Below, in pieces: positions 17,766-26,958 of a DNA stretch of 64,000 nt. Under the pieces are notes generated by a model, which saw nothing but the letters and a program-made list of their open reading frames with translations, did no database searches and was not told the DNA's origin. The stretch comes from Oceanispirochaeta sp. (GTDB lineage: Bacteria; Spirochaetota; Spirochaetia; DSM-2461): assembly GCA_963666275.2 (NCBI GenBank), contig CAXXOA010000002.1, positions 1,568,001 to 1,632,000 of the forward strand, read 5' to 3'. The translations under genes were made by a program, and so were the position numbers. The first letter of the stretch is position 1. Every line of letters begins with the position of its first letter.

Positions 17766-17804
17766 GGCACTGCACCTAGCGAATATGCAGTGCCGCTTTT
17801 TTTC
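17766..17804 (+). terminator. Rho-independent terminator after chpK
   Basis: GGCACTGCA/TGCAGTGCC 9-bp stem followed by gcTTTTTTT. Confidence 0.7.
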
Positions 17805-17895
17805 TGGTATTACTGGATCTTCATCTCTACAATCGGCTCTTTATGCTGTCGGAACTTGTAGTGTAAATTATTTTGCCTGAGGAGTTAACCGCTAT

Positions 17896-18285
17896 ATGAG
17901 AAATGTAACAAGAATCCTGTTAACTGTCTTAGGTACCTCTTCTGTCGCATTAACGATCTACCGCTGCTATATTTATTTTATGGTAGATCAGAGTAATCCC
18001 TCGGCAAGGGCATCCCAAATATCAAACACTCTGATAACGACTTCAATAATTATCATTCTCTTCTTTTTTCTTAATCTGGTAATCATTATTTCTCTCTTCA
18101 AGTACATCGATCCAGGAAAAAAGGCTGTAACCATATACATGCTCTATTCATTGATTATGTACATTAATGGAATAGAAATTTTATTTGTTTCTACTGCAGC
18201 AATCGTTATCCTCATTTTGAGGATTCTTCTTCACAGCCGCCGTAAAGGAAAAGGACTATTGGATGCCTGCAAAACTGATTTTTGA
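17896..18285 (+). CDS. Hypothetical membrane protein (about 4 TM)
   Basis: GAGGAG RBS; Ile-rich hydrophobic helices; AT-rich. Confidence 0.6.
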   Translation: MRNVTRILLTVLGTSSVALTIYRCYIYFMVDQSNPSARASQISNTLITTSIIIILFFFLNLVIIISLFKYIDPGKKAVTIYMLYSLIMYINGIEILFVSTAAIVILILRILLHSRRKGKGLLDACKTDF

Positions 18286-18469
18286 CAATGAAATAGACCT
18301 GTATAGAAGCCTTCCTTTTCGGGTGATGTTCTTTCTCCCCGTCATCGTCGTAATCTCAATTTTAAAAATTCATTTTACATTTAAAAAATGTTTATTTACT
18401 ATTTACCCATCAAGGCAGTAGCAGGATAAATATGATTAAACAGATTCCCTTATATTGCCGGGAGGTCTG

Positions 18470-18961
18470 ATGAATATCGATAAGGGTGTAAAACTGAGGA
18501 AAGCAGGAAAATTCAAGGAATCGAATCTTTTTTTTAAAAACCTTGCCATTGAAAATCCCGATGATGCTGTTGTTCAGTATCAATGTGCATGGAGTTTTGA
18601 TCTTTTAGAGAAAGAAACTGAAGCAATCAATCATTACGAAAGAGCCATTGCCCTTGGCCTTCCGGAGGAGGATCTCAGAGAAGCATTACTTGGTCTGGGC
18701 AGTACATACCGTTCGATTGGTGAGTATGAAAGATCAAAGCAGATCTTTGAAAAGGGGATATCCCTGTTCGATGATAATTCCCTGAAGGTTTTCTATGCCA
18801 TGACTTTATATAATTCCGGAGATCATGCACAATCAATGGAAATATTGCTGAATATCATTGCTGATACTGCAAAGGATGAATCAATACAGGCATATAAAAA
18901 AGCAATCAAGTTCTATTCCGGAAGGCTGAATGAGGTATTTCCCGCAAAGGGAGATAATTAG
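18470..18961 (+). CDS. Tetratricopeptide repeat protein
   Basis: YQCAWSFD...EAINHYERAIALGL...ALLGLGSTYR; GGGAGG RBS before ATG 18470. Confidence 0.82.
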   Translation: MNIDKGVKLRKAGKFKESNLFFKNLAIENPDDAVVQYQCAWSFDLLEKETEAINHYERAIALGLPEEDLREALLGLGSTYRSIGEYERSKQIFEKGISLFDDNSLKVFYAMTLYNSGDHAQSMEILLNIIADTAKDESIQAYKKAIKFYSGRLNEVFPAKGDN

Positions 18962-19086
18962 ATACGGGATATTTACTTTCCAACTGCCCCGTTCGATTGG
19001 ACGGAAAGGCTCTTTCAGGAAACAATCCCGAGGGGGGATGTTCCTGTTACTTTTGACGGGAGTCAATAACCAATAGGAAGAAGATA

Positions 19087-19545
19087 ATGGATCGATATAC
19101 AAAAGCACTGGAGTATTTTTCAACTGGATCCGGCTGTGCCCAGTCGGTGGCCCTGGCTTTTCAGGATACAATGGGTCTGGATGAAATCCATATCAAAAAG
19201 ATGGCTTCCTCTTTCGGGTCGGGCATGGGAAAGCTCCAGAAAACATGCGGGGCCTTAACAGGAGCCTACATGGTGATCGGGTTTCTGTTTCCCCTGGCTA
19301 ATGAAAAATCCGAAAAGGAACGCCAATACAGGGCTGTGCAGGAACTGACAGAGAAATTTGAGAAGGTCCATGGTTCCGCTGCCTGCAGAGACCTCCTGGA
19401 ATGTGATTTCAATTCAGACGAGGGAGAACAGTTCTTTCAGACCAATGATCTGAAAAACAGAGTCTGCTCCCTGTGCATTAAAACTTCCATTTCGCTTCTG
19501 GAAGAACTGGTTCAGGCGGAATCTCTTCCGTTAAGTATCCGCTGA
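19087..19545 (+). CDS. C-GCAxxG-C-C family putative redox protein
   Basis: GCAQSV...FGSGMG...TCGALTGA...CRDLL...CSLCI. Confidence 0.88.
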   Translation: MDRYTKALEYFSTGSGCAQSVALAFQDTMGLDEIHIKKMASSFGSGMGKLQKTCGALTGAYMVIGFLFPLANEKSEKERQYRAVQELTEKFEKVHGSAACRDLLECDFNSDEGEQFFQTNDLKNRVCSLCIKTSISLLEELVQAESLPLSIR

Positions 19546-19578
19546 TTATCAGTTTATTTACACAAAAAAGGATTTTAA

Positions 19579-20595
19579 ATGGAAAACGAAACTGTTTCAT
19601 CAAATCAGGTCTCATGGACATGGGCGGACCAGATCAGTTCCTATCGGTTCTGGGGGCTGTTCCTTTTCTATCTGCTTCTGATTATCCCCAATATTATTCT
19701 GAACGTATCCTATCCCTTTTTTACTGAGATGTACGGTCTGAGCGCGGTTGATCTGGGTATGGCTATGGCGTTCCGTTCGGTGGCCGGTTTCGGAGGGTTC
19801 TGGCTGGCATGGTTTCTGATCCGCATGAAAAACCATTTCCTCCTCTATCTGTTTTCCTGTCTGACAATCATCGGGCTCATTCTCATCGTTCTTTCAACCT
19901 CTATTGCGGCTCTGGCCACCAGCTTTTTCCTGATCGGCCTCGGTTTCGGCGCTATTTCCCTGGCGGTTCCCGCCATCATTGCCGGAGGCAAAGGGGGGAG
20001 TGAAATGTTCGTTGTCAGTTTCGGGCTGATCACATTCTATGAGCTCCTTGTATGGACATCCTACAGCGGCTTAACAGATCATCTTTTTGAATTATTTCAG
20101 AATCCTGCAAGCTTTCTCATCATGGGAATCGTCTCTTCCGTTCTGGGAACTCTACTGCTTATCCCTGTCAAAGCGGAACCCTTTGCGGAACCGCCGGCAG
20201 AAAGAGACAAAGTGCTGCCCCCTGTGCAGCGGGATCCGGTGATCATGGTCCTTTTATGCCTTATTCCTCTTTATAACATCTACTACATTCTGCACATATC
20301 CTACCGCCTGCATGGTGAAGTAAACAGCATTCATCCCACACGGAAAATCCTGTCTCCCCGGGCGGCCCTGTGGAGCACATTATTGCTTTCGGTTCTGTCT
20401 CCCATGATCGTATCCTCTCTGAATACGAATCTGGCCCGGGAGTTTGAAGAGAATAATCTGCCGGGATTTCACAGAAACGGGGCCATCATTTTCTGGTCCT
20501 TCCTTTTCATCCCTGTCAGCTATGCTCTCATTCAGGCGAATCTGAACAGACTTGTCCGGAATACTGCTGCAGGGAGAGAGGAACCGGTTAGATAA
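19579..20595 (+). CDS. Membrane protein: half-MFS-like N-terminus plus DUF4234-like C-terminus
   Basis: About 6 TM helices starting TWADQISSYRFWGL, then RDPVIMVLLCLIPLYNIYY...YRLHGEVN and a C-terminal IQANLNRL motif. Confidence 0.6.
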   Translation: MENETVSSNQVSWTWADQISSYRFWGLFLFYLLLIIPNIILNVSYPFFTEMYGLSAVDLGMAMAFRSVAGFGGFWLAWFLIRMKNHFLLYLFSCLTIIGLILIVLSTSIAALATSFFLIGLGFGAISLAVPAIIAGGKGGSEMFVVSFGLITFYELLVWTSYSGLTDHLFELFQNPASFLIMGIVSSVLGTLLLIPVKAEPFAEPPAERDKVLPPVQRDPVIMVLLCLIPLYNIYYILHISYRLHGEVNSIHPTRKILSPRAALWSTLLLSVLSPMIVSSLNTNLAREFEENNLPGFHRNGAIIFWSFLFIPVSYALIQANLNRLVRNTAAGREEPVR

Positions 20596-20695
20596 AGCAG
20601 TCCGGATTGGTTTGTACCTGTTATACTATCTTCTGTTCTGTTTCAGAATCCATAGTATTTAAGGACAGCGACGCCAGGATGTTTCAGGAGGGAAT

Positions 20696-21085
20696 ATGCG
20701 GATTGACCATGTGGCCATATGGGCCAGAGACATTGAGATTCTCAAAGACTTTTATGTCAGGTACTTTCATGCGGACTGCGGAGAGAAATACACGAATCCT
20801 GCCAAATCATTTCAATCCTATTTTCTGACATTTTCCGGGGATTCCCGGCTTGAGATAATGCAGAAGCCTGATATTCCCCCCAACAGGAATAATACGGAAG
20901 ATCAGTATCAGGGTATTATTCATCTAGCCCTGTCTGTGGGTTCCCGGGAGAAGGTTCTGGAGCTGACGGCAGAGCTGGCAAAGGACGGGTACAGCGTTGT
21001 CAGTGCGCCGAGAGAAACCGGCGACGGTTACTTTGAAAGCTGTATTCTGGACCCCGAATCCAATCGAATCGAAATAACAGACTGA
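20696..21085 (+). CDS. VOC (glyoxalase/bleomycin resistance) protein
   Basis: IDHVAIW...FYVRYF...RLEIM...HLALSV...DPESNRIEI. Confidence 0.9.
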   Translation: MRIDHVAIWARDIEILKDFYVRYFHADCGEKYTNPAKSFQSYFLTFSGDSRLEIMQKPDIPPNRNNTEDQYQGIIHLALSVGSREKVLELTAELAKDGYSVVSAPRETGDGYFESCILDPESNRIEITD

Positions 21086-21204
21086 TGGGAAATCAGATTA
21101 TATGAAATGAGGAATCTGATGAAGTTTGGAAGATCATTGCCGGGGAGTATAGAATTTAACAGACTCTCTTATAGGAACCCTGTTAAGGGAAAGGAATACA
21201 GATC

Positions 21205-21423
21205 ATGAAGCAGGAGCTGCGGGAAAAGATCCTGGACGTCTGTGACAGGAAGATTGAAGCCAAAGGTGACAATGTGGGCTTATCCTTTTATGCGTTTTTT
21301 TCAAATAAAAATGATGATCCCGACCTGTTGATGGAAGCGGCTGTCTGGTGGATTAAAACCCATCAGCTGGACCATTTTGAAAAAGCCGTGAAGATCAGAG
21401 AAATGGTTCTGTCCGGGGTATAG
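21205..21423 (+). CDS. Small conserved hypothetical protein (DUF6500-like)
   Basis: NVGLSFYAFF and WWIKTHQLDHFEKA motifs; AAGGA RBS. The family name is from recall only. Confidence 0.65.
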   Translation: MKQELREKILDVCDRKIEAKGDNVGLSFYAFFSNKNDDPDLLMEAAVWWIKTHQLDHFEKAVKIREMVLSGV

Positions 21424-21465
21424 AGATCCCCGCCGGAGTCACTGTCTGTAATCATTAAAAGGAAG

Positions 21466-22188
21466 ATGAAGGAGAAACAATTGCTGAAAAATAAGAATGT
21501 TCTTATTACAGGTGCTACATCGGGAATCGGCAGGGATATCACGAAGAGAATACTGCAGAATCAGGGGAATGTTGCCTGCTGCGGCAGATCTGAGGCCAAA
21601 CTGCAGACTCTGATGGAAGAGAATGCTTCCTTTGTGGGAAAGCAGTTCTATAAAGCCTTTGATATCACCCGGGAAGAGGATATCCTCACTTTCATTGAAG
21701 AAGCGGGTAACGCCATCGGGCCTATAGATATTCTGATCAACTGCGCGGGAATCAACTCGGAAAGGGCCCCGGTGGAATCCATTTCCACACAGGAGTTCCG
21801 CAGAATGATCGATGTTAATCTGATGGCGCCGTTTGTGTTTATCAGAGAGGTTTATAACCAGATGATTGAAAGGCAGGAGGGGACGATCATCAATATCCTT
21901 TCCACAGTCTGCGGCTTTTCCAATGAGGGGATTTCCGCATACACGGCGTCCAAAGCCGGCTTTGATGGCTTTGTCAAAGTTCTGAGAAAAGAAGCCAGGC
22001 AGAATAACGTCAAAGTCTGTTCGGTCTATCCCGGGGGCGTCAACACGGATTTCCGCAGTGAACCCCGGCCTCAGTATCTGTCTCCCGCCATCGTGGCTGA
22101 TTCGGTTCTGTCTGTGATTCAGCTGAACAGGGAGTCCTGTATGGACGAACTTGTAATCCGTCCCATGGTTGAAACCAATTTCTCCTGA
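21466..22188 (+). CDS. Short-chain dehydrogenase/reductase
   Basis: ITGATSGIG, INCAG, YTASK (YxxxK), PGGVNT. Confidence 0.92.
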   Translation: MKEKQLLKNKNVLITGATSGIGRDITKRILQNQGNVACCGRSEAKLQTLMEENASFVGKQFYKAFDITREEDILTFIEEAGNAIGPIDILINCAGINSERAPVESISTQEFRRMIDVNLMAPFVFIREVYNQMIERQEGTIINILSTVCGFSNEGISAYTASKAGFDGFVKVLRKEARQNNVKVCSVYPGGVNTDFRSEPRPQYLSPAIVADSVLSVIQLNRESCMDELVIRPMVETNFS

Positions 22189-22197
22189 GTCCCGGAT

Positions 22198-22590
22198 ATG
22201 TCCGTGAACATGATGGAAAGGCTTAAAAAAAGAGCCGGGGCTCTCAAAACAGAGATCACCGCCCTCTACTATGCCTATAAGCATCCGGATGTCGGGATTC
22301 TGCCCAGGCTCCTTATCCTGTTGACTGTGGGATATGCGCTGAGCCCGGTGGATCTCATTCCCGATTTCATACCTCTTCTCGGGTATCTGGATGACCTGAT
22401 CCTGCTGCCCGCCCTGATTGCCCTTTCCATCCGTCTGATCCCCCGGGAAATTATGGAAAACTCCCGGCAGAAGGCTCAGGAGCATCCTGTCTCTCTGAAA
22501 AAAAACTGGTTTTTCGCATGTATTATCATTTTTGTATGGATTATCCTTATAGCTGTTATACTGAAAAGGATTCTTTTGTATACCGATTGA
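22198..22590 (+). CDS. YkvA/DUF1232 family membrane protein
   Basis: YALSPVDLIPDFIPLLGYLDD. Confidence 0.9.
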   Translation: MSVNMMERLKKRAGALKTEITALYYAYKHPDVGILPRLLILLTVGYALSPVDLIPDFIPLLGYLDDLILLPALIALSIRLIPREIMENSRQKAQEHPVSLKKNWFFACIIIFVWIILIAVILKRILLYTD

Positions 22591-22628
22591 ACCGGTATGC
22601 CTGAAATGATCATCAGAAGGAGAGTTAT

Positions 22629-23021
22629 ATGAAACTGGAGGGGTTCGGGCTTTTTGTAAGAGATATGCCTGTGATGATACGCTTTTACAGAGATGTTCTG
22701 GGATTTGCCATTACAGAAGAGGAAAGCACAAAAAATGTCTATCTTGAAAAAGACGGAACTCTGTTTCTGCTCTACGGCAGGCAGGATTTTGAAGAGATGG
22801 TCAATCAGAGTTTTGACTATGTTCCTCACCTGAACGGCCATAGCGAAATTGCCCTGGGTGTGGAGAATTACGATGCGGTCGACAGAAACTACAGGGATGT
22901 GATTGCAAAAGGAGCTGTTTCTGTGATGGAACCGAAAACCATGCCCTGGGGGCAGAGAACCTGTTATATTGCAGATCCCGAAGGGAATCTGATCGAAATC
23001 GGCTCATTTACAAAGGAGTAA
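22629..23021 (+). CDS. VOC family protein
   Basis: FYRDVLGF...PWGQRTCYIADPEGNLIEI. Confidence 0.9.
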   Translation: MKLEGFGLFVRDMPVMIRFYRDVLGFAITEEESTKNVYLEKDGTLFLLYGRQDFEEMVNQSFDYVPHLNGHSEIALGVENYDAVDRNYRDVIAKGAVSVMEPKTMPWGQRTCYIADPEGNLIEIGSFTKE

Positions 23022-23029
23022 GGAGAGAT

Positions 23030-23359
23030 ATGGCAACCACTCCGGATTTTATAGAATTTGTCTGCGACCAGATTGATCCCCGGTGGAACAGAAGGTACAG
23101 AAAGATGTTCGGCGAGTATATGGTCTATGTGAATGACAAGCCTGTTCTCCTTGTGTGCGATAATACGGTGTATGCCAAAAAGCTGGACTGTATTGCCCCT
23201 TTCATCAGTGAGGACAGTACGGGGATTCCCTACAAAGGGGCGAAAGAACACTTTGTGCTGGATGTGGAGGATGGGGAAAACTTCCCGAAAATCATTGAGG
23301 AACTGGAAAAGGTCATTAAAGTTCCCGTGAAGAAAAAAAAGAAAGGAGAGGGGAAATGA
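23030..23359 (+). CDS. TfoX/Sxy N-terminal-domain protein
   Basis: FIEFVCDQ...RKMFGEYMVY...LVCDNTVY...PYKGAK. Confidence 0.85.
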   Translation: MATTPDFIEFVCDQIDPRWNRRYRKMFGEYMVYVNDKPVLLVCDNTVYAKKLDCIAPFISEDSTGIPYKGAKEHFVLDVEDGENFPKIIEELEKVIKVPVKKKKKGEGK

Positions 23360-23760
23360 AGCATTCCGGTTCCTGCCTCTGCGGAGATATCCGGTTTGAG
23401 ATAACGGGGGATTTTGAAAACTTTTTTTTCTGTCACTGCAAATCCTGCCGGAAAGATACGGGATCTGCCCATGGGGCCAATCTGTTTTCATCCACCGCAG
23501 AGCTGACCTGGCTGAAAGGGGAGGAGAAGGTACAGACCTTCAATTACCAGAATTCCGGCCATATCAAGAGTTTCTGTCCCCGCTGCAGTTCGGCCCTTCC
23601 GAATATCCAGATGGAGGGGACCCTCCTTGTTGTCCCCGCAGGAAGCCTGGATACGGAAATAGACATTCCTCCCTCGGGTCATATCTACTTGAGCGAAAAA
23701 GCGGGGTGGGATAAGGATCTTGAAAAAGCTCCTCACTATGAGAATCTGCCGGAAGGATGA
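23356..23760 (+). CDS. GFA (glutathione-dependent formaldehyde-activating/CENP-V) family protein
   Basis: GSCLCG, CHCKSCRK, FCPRCSS. Confidence 0.9.
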   Translation: MKHSGSCLCGDIRFEITGDFENFFFCHCKSCRKDTGSAHGANLFSSTAELTWLKGEEKVQTFNYQNSGHIKSFCPRCSSALPNIQMEGTLLVVPAGSLDTEIDIPPSGHIYLSEKAGWDKDLEKAPHYENLPEG

Positions 23761-23776
23761 AATTGAGAGGGAAGGA

Positions 23777-25309
23777 TTATTCCGGTCCCAGCACAGACCG
23801 GATTTTTCTGCCTAAATCTGTCATGGAATAGGGTTTTGCCAGGAAATTGACTTCCTCTCCCACAAGGCCTCTCCTGGCTATAATATTGGCTGTATAGCCT
23901 GAAACGTAGAGGATCTTTATATCCGAATTGAGTTCGCCGATTTTTTCTGATAATTCCGCACCTGTCATATTGGGCATAACCACATCAGTAATAAGAAGGT
24001 CTATCGAATCCTCTGCCCTCCTCACTGTTTCAATGGCATCCAATGGATCGCCTGATGTTAAGACCCTGTAGCCCATGGTTTCAAGAATCTCTCCGGTTAT
24101 GGTAAGAACACTCTCATCATCATCGACAATCAGTATGGTTTCTTTTCCCCGGGACTGAAACGGGTGTTTTTCCGGACTCAGGTCTCTTTTCTTTTCAATC
24201 TCTTTTTCCCTGTGTTCCGCCAGGTATATCCTGAACGTTGTTCCTTTTCCGGGTTCGCTGTAGACATTGATAAAACCGTTATTCTGCCTGATGATTCCGT
24301 AAACGGTGGAGAGTCCCAGGCCGGTCCCTTCTCCCCGTTTTTTTGTCGTGAAAAAGGGATCGAAAATCTGCTGCTGAGTCTCCCTGTCCATACCGCTTCC
24401 GTTGTCACTGAAGCTTATCACGGCATAATTTCCCGGTGTGAGACCGTAATGTTCTGCACTCAAGGTTTCCTCAATTGTGACATTCCCGGTTTCAATGGAG
24501 ATCTCGCCAATCGTTTCAATGGCATCCCGCGCGTTGACGCTTAGGTTTGTCAGAATCTGATGCAGCTGGTTCGGATCAATTTTTATAGTGTAGAGATCTT
24601 TACCGGGGGCCCAGGAAATGGTTATATCCTCTCCGACTATTCTCCGGATAAAATTGAGAGATCCATCGATTTCCTCGTTAAGATTCACAGTCAGGGGAAT
24701 CGCATTCTGCTTCCGGGCAAAACCCAGAAGATGCTGTGTCAGTTCTGCAGAGAGCTTTGCGGTCTTCTTTATTTCCCGGAGAATCCTTATCAGATCGCTG
24801 TCCTGTGCCACTGAAGATAGAGCCATTTCCGTATATCCCAGGATGACTGTGAGATTATTGTTGAAGTCATGGGCAATGCCGCCGGCCAGATGACCGATGG
24901 ACTCCATTTTCTGAGCCTGATATTTTCTTTTCTCCACCTCTTTCAGTTTTAATGAAAGCAGTTTCCGCTGGGTTATGTCTAAAGACATTACAAACACACC
25001 CTCCGGAACAGGGGAGATCCGTAACTCAAACCAGCCTTTCTCTCCGTCGGGAAAGTTGAATTCATTTTCAATCGTGTTGGGTCTCCGATTCTGAAGGGTA
25101 TCCAGGATTAACCTGTAGACTTCTGTTTCTTCAATACCGGGCCACATCTCTTTGTAGCATTGTCCCAGAAGTTCACTGTTCGGACGTCTGTTTTGGTGTT
25201 CTGCGGCTTTATTTATATATAGATATATAAGATCGTAATCAAATATCTGACATCCTTCCATCAGGCTGTCGAATAATCTCTGGAATTGTAATTCATTGGA
25301 CATTGTCAT
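23777..25309 (-). CDS. Cytoplasmic hybrid histidine kinase (PAS-HisKA-HATPase-REC)
   Basis: LAGGIAHDFNN H-box, NARDA, DNGSG, FFTTK..GTGLGL, REC IVDDD...DVVMP. Confidence 0.93.
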   Translation of the reverse strand: MTMSNELQFQRLFDSLMEGCQIFDYDLIYLYINKAAEHQNRRPNSELLGQCYKEMWPGIEETEVYRLILDTLQNRRPNTIENEFNFPDGEKGWFELRISPVPEGVFVMSLDITQRKLLSLKLKEVEKRKYQAQKMESIGHLAGGIAHDFNNNLTVILGYTEMALSSVAQDSDLIRILREIKKTAKLSAELTQHLLGFARKQNAIPLTVNLNEEIDGSLNFIRRIVGEDITISWAPGKDLYTIKIDPNQLHQILTNLSVNARDAIETIGEISIETGNVTIEETLSAEHYGLTPGNYAVISFSDNGSGMDRETQQQIFDPFFTTKKRGEGTGLGLSTVYGIIRQNNGFINVYSEPGKGTTFRIYLAEHREKEIEKKRDLSPEKHPFQSRGKETILIVDDDESVLTITGEILETMGYRVLTSGDPLDAIETVRRAEDSIDLLITDVVMPNMTGAELSEKIGELNSDIKILYVSGYTANIIARRGLVGEEVNFLAKPYSMTDLGRKIRSVLGPE

Positions 25310-25570
25310 ATCCCGAAATCTGTTTTTGCACTGTATACTGTGATATCATCTCTATAGAGAAATTTAGAGAACTCACAGGGAAATAGCAAATACAATTCCT
25401 GAAAACCCTGTTATCTGACCAATATTTATCTGTTGTCTATTGAGAGGGGAGAGTGTTAGACTTTTCCATAGAATCCGTTTCTGCAGGGGCTATCCTGGAT
25501 GATAGATGCAGAGCCGAGAGGATAGATCCGGGTCGGTTCAGGAATCTCCGCATTTTAGGGGAACATAACT

Positions 25571-25950
25571 ATGACAGCATCAGTTTCTGCCATGATTTTT
25601 ACATTTTTTACCCTGGCGGTCATGATTTTTCAGGCCTGCCTTGCCACGGGGCTTCCCTGGGGGGCTGCTTCGATGGGAGGGAATTTCCCGGCAGGTATCC
25701 TGTAAAAATGCGGTTTGCGGCTGTTGGAAACATCGGGATTCTGGTTCTCATGGCTTTGATTGTTCTTTCCAGGGCAGGGCTTCTCCTTCCGGGAATGAGA
25801 TCCTTTGCGGGGATTGCTGTCTGGGTCATTGTGGTATACTCCTTTGCCGGAACCATCATGAATCTGATTTCTCCCAGCAGGATCGAAAGGATCTGGGCTC
25901 CTGTGGCTCTGATACAGGGAATTACAGGTCTGATAGTTGCTTTGAGCTAG
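25571..25950 (+). pseudogene. Frameshifted small membrane-protein gene
   Basis: ATG 25571 reads MTASVSAMIF...LATGLPWGAASMGG and stops at 25703-25705. The apparent continuation FPGRYPVKMRFAAV...SPSRIERIWAP is in the -1 frame, with the shift near 25680. Confidence 0.72.
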
Positions 25951-25983
25951 GGGATGGACAATACATAAGGGAGAGCGAATTCT

Positions 25984-26442
25984 ATGGTACATCTGGCATA
26001 CTGCGATGATAAAGAGAAAGTTCTTGAGAAGATTCTGGAAGGCACTAAGACAATGCTTGTCAGGGGCGCTGCGGGAAGGAAAATCCCCCATAGCAGAGTT
26101 TTTGAAAATGAAACTTTATATCTGATGAAGAAAGGGACAGCACAGATTACAGCAAAAGCCAGGATTACCCATGTGGAGAATTACACGAAACTTACAGAAC
26201 CGGAGATCAATTCGGTGTTCGAAAAAAATCAGGATAAGCTGAATCTGTCCCCGGCGCAAAGAAAACGGTGGCATAAAAAATGTCTCTGTCTTGTAGAGTT
26301 TTCGGAAATTGAAAAAATAGAACCTCTGCCATTTGATCATCAGGGAAATATGGATGACTGGCTCATTCTTGAAAAGATTGAAGATGTTGTCGAAGGGACA
26401 AGTATTCCCTATAACTATGAGAAATCCAAATTCAAAAAATGA
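25984..26442 (+). CDS. Conserved hypothetical protein, ASCH/PUA-like N-terminus
   Basis: LEKILEGTKTMLVRG resembles the ASCH GxKxxExR motif; GGGAG RBS. Confidence 0.6.
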   Translation: MVHLAYCDDKEKVLEKILEGTKTMLVRGAAGRKIPHSRVFENETLYLMKKGTAQITAKARITHVENYTKLTEPEINSVFEKNQDKLNLSPAQRKRWHKKCLCLVEFSEIEKIEPLPFDHQGNMDDWLILEKIEDVVEGTSIPYNYEKSKFKK

Positions 26443-26888
26443 TTATGAAATATCCTGAACTGACTGTAAGCGGCATTATTTTTAATCCTCAGAATGAAAT
26501 ACTGCTCTGCAGATCCCATAAATGGGATGATAAATATATCATTCCCGGGGGGCATGTGGAATACGGCGAACCCCTGGAAGAGGCTCTGAAAAGGGAGATT
26601 CGGGAAGAGACGAGCCTGGATATCCACAGCATTAAACTTCTGGGGATCAAAGAGTGTTTCTATACAAATGCGTTTTATAAAGACAGGCATTTTCTTTTTA
26701 TGGACTATACCTGCAAGACCGATTCCTGCGATGTGGTGCTGAATGAGGAAGCCCAGGAGTATGTCTGGACCAGCCTGTCGGATATACACAAATATGATCT
26801 GGGAGGTTTTACCGAATCTCTGCTTCAGAAACTGGTCGACAGGGATAATCCTGAGTTCCGGGAGTGTATCTTCTACAATTACGAATAG
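26439..26888 (+). CDS. NUDIX hydrolase
   Basis: PGGHVEYGEPLEEALKREIREETSL Nudix box. Confidence 0.92.
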   Translation: MIMKYPELTVSGIIFNPQNEILLCRSHKWDDKYIIPGGHVEYGEPLEEALKREIREETSLDIHSIKLLGIKECFYTNAFYKDRHFLFMDYTCKTDSCDVVLNEEAQEYVWTSLSDIHKYDLGGFTESLLQKLVDRDNPEFRECIFYNYE

Positions 26889-26958
26889 CCTTCCGGGGGA
26901 ATCATGAGGTCTATGACCTTCCGGCCTTCTGTATTGGCTGCATTCCCGAAGAGTCTGC

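Noticed and set aside
21156..21190. ATTTAACAG...CTGTTAAGG as a possible attC
   Set aside because: Only about 35 bp, too short for an attC, with no inner paired boxes; a simple hairpin.
25456..25462. GTTAGAC (GTTRRRY) upstream of the frameshifted gene
   Set aside because: No matching RYYYAAC or paired arms upstream; a 7-mer expected by chance.
25453..25570. N-terminal part of track ORF 25453-25950
   Set aside because: Non-protein-like; the plausible start is ATG 25571 in another frame.
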